64,000 nt of DNA from Spirochaetia bacterium. GTDB lineage: Bacteria; Spirochaetota; Spirochaetia; UBA9216. The notes under the pieces were generated by a model. The model saw nothing but the letters and a program-made list of their open reading frames with translations, did not search any database and had not been told where the DNA came from. Within the stretch, counting starts at the first letter, position 1, and every line of letters begins with the position of its first letter. The stretch spans positions 1,440,001 to 1,504,000 of the forward strand of contig CAXXYH010000003.1 in NCBI GenBank assembly GCA_963677925.2, written 5' to 3'. The translations under genes and the position numbers were made by a program. Below, in pieces: positions 59,746 through 64,000 of the stretch.

Positions 59746-61558
59746 TGTCCAACCTCGCTACCTTTTCAATTCCTTCATAAATTTCTTCTGCGGTCAGAGG
59801 TATACCCTGACATTTTCGTATATTCTGAGGATTAATCCTGAATTTGGCTTTTAGATAATTTGTAAATTGACCGGTAAGATTCTCTTCCACCACGATAAGA
59901 TGATCAAGCCTGGCCAGGAACAGGGATATCTGCCTGTGAGGAAGCGGACTTATAGTATGCGGATGAAGATGACGGATTTTAATACCGTTTTTTTCAGCCA
60001 TGTATCTGGCTTCACGGATAGCACCCTCGGTAGAACCCCAGCCTATAACCCCGATTGTGGCGTCAGGATCGCCGTAAAACTCTATCGGGTTTTTTTCAAA
60101 CTCTTTTGAGATTGCCTCCATCTTCCTGAATCTCTTAAGGCTCATTTTCTGATGGTTAAGCGGTGATTGATCGGTATGACCGTATTCATCATGCTCCAGA
60201 CCGGTAGCAAGATACTGACCTCCGGGGGTTCCCGGCCTTGCAATCGGACTGACTCCGTCCGGGGTATCAAGATACCTCTTATAATCTTCAAGATCATTCG
60301 AATCGGGCTCCCTTCTTCGCCTGAGATCAATTTTATTCGCATGGGGTATACGCAGACTTTTAAAACACTCCATCTGATCGAGTTCTTTAATCTGATCAAA
60401 ATTAGGCATTTTAACAGTTGCTTTCCGGTATCCTATGGACTGATCAAGAAGCAGAATTACCGGAATCTGGTATCTTTCAGACAGATTAAATGCCCTGATA
60501 GTCTGATAGAAAGTATCTTCCACCGTTGTTGGCGCCATGATAATTCTTGGACTGTCTCCAGCTGCACCGTAAACGGCAAACTTAAGGTCCGACTGTTCAG
60601 TTTTTGTGGGAAGACCTGTAGACGGACCTGCACGCTGTACATCGACAAGAACCATCGGCACTTCGATCATCGAGGCAAGACTCAGCTGCTCCGTCATAAG
60701 CATCAGCCCGGGACCGGAGGTTGGTATAATTACCTTTTCACCGGCGAATGAAGCTCCAATCACAGCACTAATAGCAGCAATCTCATCCTCCATCTGAACA
60801 GCCCTGCCGCCTACAAGCGGCATAAGCCTGGTAAGGGTTTCAAAAATGGATGTAGAAGGAGTTATCGGATAACCGGCTGTGAACCTGCAGCCGGCAGCAA
60901 TAGCACCGAGCGCCACCGCCTGGTTACCGCTTATAAACATATAATCTTCACCGGCAGGTTTCAGGTCTGTAATTCTGAAATTGACGGGAATATCAATTCT
61001 GGCTGCCGCATCCATTCCAGCATGGAGAGCTTTGTTATTCTTTTCTATAACATCAGCACCCTTTTTTCCGAATTTTTCTTTCAGCAAAGCCCGCAGCAGA
61101 TTAGTATCTATTCCCAGTACACTGCCCAGCGTACCAAGAGCAACCACGTTTTTACCAAGAACAGCTCCTGTAGTCTCCCGTGCAAGAGCCGTAAAAGGAA
61201 CGGGTTTGAGCTGACAGTCTTTCATATCACTTACATCAACCGTATCCGGATCATATATCAGAACCCCGCCTTCTCTGAGTGCTGATCGGGTATTTTCAAG
61301 CGCCTCCTGATTAAAGACAACCAGACAATCCACATTGCTTCCCATGGAATATATTGTTATATCCCTCAGCCTTATCTGGATCATGGAAAATCCGCCCCTC
61401 ATTTCTGACGGATAGGTAATGAAAGTAAAAACATGAAATTCCGTACGTGCAGCAGCCTGTGCAAGAAGTTCACCGCAGCTTATAACGCCGTCTCCTCCTT
61501 CTCCACCTATTCTAATGGTGTAGTCCAGAGTTGACACCAGTTTCGGCTTTTTACTCAT
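59720..61558 (-). CDS. korA: 2-oxoacid:ferredoxin oxidoreductase alpha subunit (gamma-alpha fusion)
   Basis: GGEGGDG, YPSEMRGG, GYPITP, QMEDE, TSGPG, QRAGPSTGLPT. Confidence 0.9.
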   Translation of the reverse strand: MSKKPKLVSTLDYTIRIGGEGGDGVISCGELLAQAAARTEFHVFTFITYPSEMRGGFSMIQIRLRDITIYSMGSNVDCLVVFNQEALENTRSALREGGVLIYDPDTVDVSDMKDCQLKPVPFTALARETTGAVLGKNVVALGTLGSVLGIDTNLLRALLKEKFGKKGADVIEKNNKALHAGMDAAARIDIPVNFRITDLKPAGEDYMFISGNQAVALGAIAAGCRFTAGYPITPSTSIFETLTRLMPLVGGRAVQMEDEIAAISAVIGASFAGEKVIIPTSGPGLMLMTEQLSLASMIEVPMVLVDVQRAGPSTGLPTKTEQSDLKFAVYGAAGDSPRIIMAPTTVEDTFYQTIRAFNLSERYQIPVILLLDQSIGYRKATVKMPNFDQIKELDQMECFKSLRIPHANKIDLRRRREPDSNDLEDYKRYLDTPDGVSPIARPGTPGGQYLATGLEHDEYGHTDQSPLNHQKMSLKRFRKMEAISKEFEKNPIEFYGDPDATIGVIGWGSTEGAIREARYMAEKNGIKIRHLHPHTISPLPHRQISLFLARLDHLIVVEENLTGQFTNYLKAKFRINPQNIRKCQGIPLTAEEIYEGIEKVARLDNDEHSKFF

Positions 61559-61609
61559 GCCGTTCTCCTTATGGTATTCACTGTTAACTATTTATTTGTT
61601 GATTGTTTT

Positions 61610-62746
61610 TTAGAATTCCTGGTCACGATAGACAATTTTTCCATCCTTTATTGTCGCCATGGCTTTTAGAAACGATTTCCCCTTCAGGGTGTTTCCTGTT
61701 CTATCCCCAAAAATGACATCCTTTTTTATATTACGGAAAACCGCTATATCAGCAGCAGCACCTTCTTTCAGCACAGCAGTTACTCCGGCCTTTCCGATTA
61801 TTTTTGCAGGGTTGACCGTACACATATCGAAAACCTGCCTTACAGATAATCCAAGGCTGATATATTTTGACATGACATGCAGAAGATTAAAAACATTCGG
61901 ACGAAGATACAGGCTCCTGGTAGTTAAATCTGTACTGATGGTATCCGGAAGAAATCCCTCTGAAATCGCCTGTCTTGCAACCTCGAATGAGAAATGAATA
62001 TTCGCGTTTGCTACATCAAAGACAACACCACGTTTTCTTGCGGATTTTGCGGATTCAGATATCCGTCCGTCAGGACCGAGAATGCTCCCGCCCTTATCCT
62101 GAAAGGCATGCGTAAAAATATCCCCCTTCCTTAAGAGATTAAGGATATCATCCATTACTCCCGGCGGATTTGAGCAGTGAACCATCACCGGTACATCAAG
62201 TTCTTCCGCAAGCCTGATTGTTTCTTTAAGCGGCTTCAACCCGAGGGAACCAACAATCTCTTTCCCCTGCCTGATTTTAAGCCCTATCAGTTCCCGGTTT
62301 CCCCATTTTTCAAAATATTCTGTAATTTTTTCCCTGTCATAATACTGAGGGTCCGGGTTTTCCAGATAACGGCCTGTAGCAAGCCCTGCAGAACAGACAT
62401 GCATAAAGGTAAAAACGTTAAGAGAGCTGGCTGCTATTGCCGGTCTGTGCCCGGCATAGGTTCCGGCCCCGGCACTGCCGCAGTCCACAACTGTTGTTAC
62501 TCCCGAAGGAAAGCATGCAGCCTCTCCGCAGACTCCGATTTCAGCAAGCGGAGCCAGATGTAAATGAAAATCCACAAGGCCCGGGCTGACAATACAATCT
62601 GAAGCATCTATTACATGTTTTGATTCAGATGCTGAGATTTTTCCAATTCTGACAATCTTATTCCCTGCGATCCCTATATCGTTGTTTTCGGGCGTCTCTT
62701 GTCCGGATAACAGCAGATTTCCGTTTTTGATAAGTAAGTCAAACAT
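61610..62746 (-). CDS. Dihydroorotase-like amidohydrolase/deacetylase family metallohydrolase
   Basis: PGLVDFHLH, GVTTVVDCGSAG, GLKIR, MVH, TH, ISTD. Confidence 0.85.
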   Translation of the reverse strand: MFDLLIKNGNLLLSGQETPENNDIGIAGNKIVRIGKISASESKHVIDASDCIVSPGLVDFHLHLAPLAEIGVCGEAACFPSGVTTVVDCGSAGAGTYAGHRPAIAASSLNVFTFMHVCSAGLATGRYLENPDPQYYDREKITEYFEKWGNRELIGLKIRQGKEIVGSLGLKPLKETIRLAEELDVPVMVHCSNPPGVMDDILNLLRKGDIFTHAFQDKGGSILGPDGRISESAKSARKRGVVFDVANANIHFSFEVARQAISEGFLPDTISTDLTTRSLYLRPNVFNLLHVMSKYISLGLSVRQVFDMCTVNPAKIIGKAGVTAVLKEGAAADIAVFRNIKKDVIFGDRTGNTLKGKSFLKAMATIKDGKIVYRDQEF

Positions 62747-62766
62747 AGTTTTTCCAGTAATTTAAA

Positions 62767-63582
62767 TCAGCAGCAGTTCTCTTCAAACTGCTTCATCTTG
62801 GATGAAAGCATTCTGCGCCAGGCATCTGTATCAATAAACTTTTCACTGCCTCTGGAAGTATCATAGCCAAGGCCCAGAAAATCATAATCTACAGCATGTC
62901 CGACATGAGAAGGCAGAACAATATCTACATGCTTCTCCATCATTTCTTCAAGCTGCCTTCTGTAATCATCATGAAGAGACACAGGCAGCCGGTTTTCAAT
63001 CAATTCAGGCTTGCTCACTCCATGAATGCCCAGCCCGCCATGCATTGCGCAAGTAAGATTCTTACCTTCATTCTGGGTCTCAATAAAAAAGCTGGTTGTA
63101 CCCGGAGTATGGCCCGGACAGTGAACAGGCTTTATAACTGTACCGCCGAAATTAATTTCTGAATCATAATCATATGTATTGGTAATTTTAAATTCAGGAA
63201 CAGTGTGTTCAAAAAATATCAGATCACGGCGTTCTTCAAAAAAGAACAGATCATCTTTTCCTATCCATATCTCGCATCCAGTCATTTCCTGAATTGCACG
63301 GGCAGCACCGCAGTGATCGAAATGTCCATGTGATATAAATAGTTTTTTTATATCACGCGGATTGAAGCCCGCCTGGTGTATACCGTCAACAAGCTGGTAG
63401 AGTGTCTCCTGCATTGCACAGTCGATCAGAATCAAGCCTTCTTCTGTTTCAATAAGAAAGCATGATACCCAGGAAGTTCCAACAAAATATATATTGCCTA
63501 CTACATGGAAGGGTTTTGTCATGATAATCCATGGTTCTGCAAGACGCTTATTGGTCAGTTCTGTAATTTCTGTGATATCCAT
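62767..63582 (-). CDS. MBL-fold hydrolase, subclass B3-like, no signal peptide
   Basis: PFHVVGNIYFVG, SHGHFDHCG, PGHTPG, PSH; start ATG 63582 (or 63588). Confidence 0.85.
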   Translation of the reverse strand: MDITEITELTNKRLAEPWIIMTKPFHVVGNIYFVGTSWVSCFLIETEEGLILIDCAMQETLYQLVDGIHQAGFNPRDIKKLFISHGHFDHCGAARAIQEMTGCEIWIGKDDLFFFEERRDLIFFEHTVPEFKITNTYDYDSEINFGGTVIKPVHCPGHTPGTTSFFIETQNEGKNLTCAMHGGLGIHGVSKPELIENRLPVSLHDDYRRQLEEMMEKHVDIVLPSHVGHAVDYDFLGLGYDTSRGSEKFIDTDAWRRMLSSKMKQFEENCC

Positions 63583-63584
63583 AA

Positions 63585-64000
63585 TCATTCTCCAGCAGCA
63601 GCTGCTGCACGCTTCTCTGCACGACCTGCCCTTATTTGAGAAACAAATGCAAATACTATGATAAGAAGGCACAAAGAAAGCAATGTTACACATAAGGGTC
63701 GGGTCAGAAAAGGCATAATAGATCCCCGGCTGTGCTGAACTGCACGCCGCAGATTAGTCTCAACTGACGGCCCCAGTACAAAGCCCAGTACCAAGGGGGC
63801 TCTCGGAATACCAATCTTAAATAAAAGAAACCCGAATACACCGAATATCAGCAATGTCCATACATCAAACATATTATTGTTGTTTGCATATGAACCGACA
63901 ATGCAGAGCACCAGTATAATCGGAAGAAGTATGCCTTTTGGAACATTCAGCGCCTTTACGAACAGCCGCAAGCCGAAATATTCTATGAAAAACATAATAA
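63585..64000 (-). CDS. tctA: Tripartite tricarboxylate transporter large permease TctA (C-terminal part; 5' end outside the window)
   Basis: LLPIILVLCIVGSY, APLVLGFVLGP..ETNLRRA, FLTRP. Confidence 0.85.
   Translation of the reverse strand, partial: IMFFIEYFGLRLFVKALNVPKGILLPIILVLCIVGSYANNNNMFDVWTLLIFGVFGFLLFKIGIPRAPLVLGFVLGPSVETNLRRAVQHSRGSIMPFLTRPLCVTLLSLCLLIIVFAFVSQIRAGRAEKRAAAAAGE

Noticed and set aside
859-63162. Numerous 60-190 aa ORFs antisense to or overlapping the long genes
   Set aside because: Shadow ORFs with no motifs or ribosome-binding sites, fully explained by the real genes.
1-64000. CRISPR arrays, tRNA/rRNA genes, IS elements, prophage or defence genes
   Set aside because: No regularly spaced repeats, structural RNA signatures, transposase/integrase or nuclease motifs were seen.

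Overview
A 64-kb, roughly 40% GC stretch of an anaerobic bacterial chromosome, probably a free-living Spirochaetales (suggested by 'ASGxxE'-type signal peptides on binding proteins; inference only). It is almost entirely carbohydrate and organic-acid catabolism plus regulators. No rRNA, tRNA, CRISPR array or mobile element was seen. Left to right: (1) HAD/GH3/DeoR with divergent uxuB-uxaC. (2) A Cache histidine kinase and a REC-DUF2294(MpsC-like) response regulator upstream of an NhaC-family transporter and amidohydrolase, whose ~225-nt leader contains mutually exclusive antiterminator and terminator hairpins; this is the best candidate for an undescribed RNA-level two-component system. (3) A sigma54-driven 12-gene operon (DUF1537 kinase, Fe-ADH, PdxA2, DapA-like aldolase, esterases, BNR sialidase-like protein, MFS, Opp ABC) that fits catabolism of a 7-carbon ulosonic acid such as Dha. 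(4) An orphan degenerate kinase. (5) A FadR regulon (mglBAC, cupin, two Zn dehydrogenases with one frameshifted in an A10 run, lactonase, PfkB kinase, gnd, LarA-like epimerase) with six copies of an operator. (6) A GntR-controlled sugar ABC transporter with a 33-bp perfect palindrome. (7) A tctA-MBL-amidohydrolase-korAB-sucD operon next to a second PrpR-type activator. All family assignments come from motif recognition by eye; no database searches were run.
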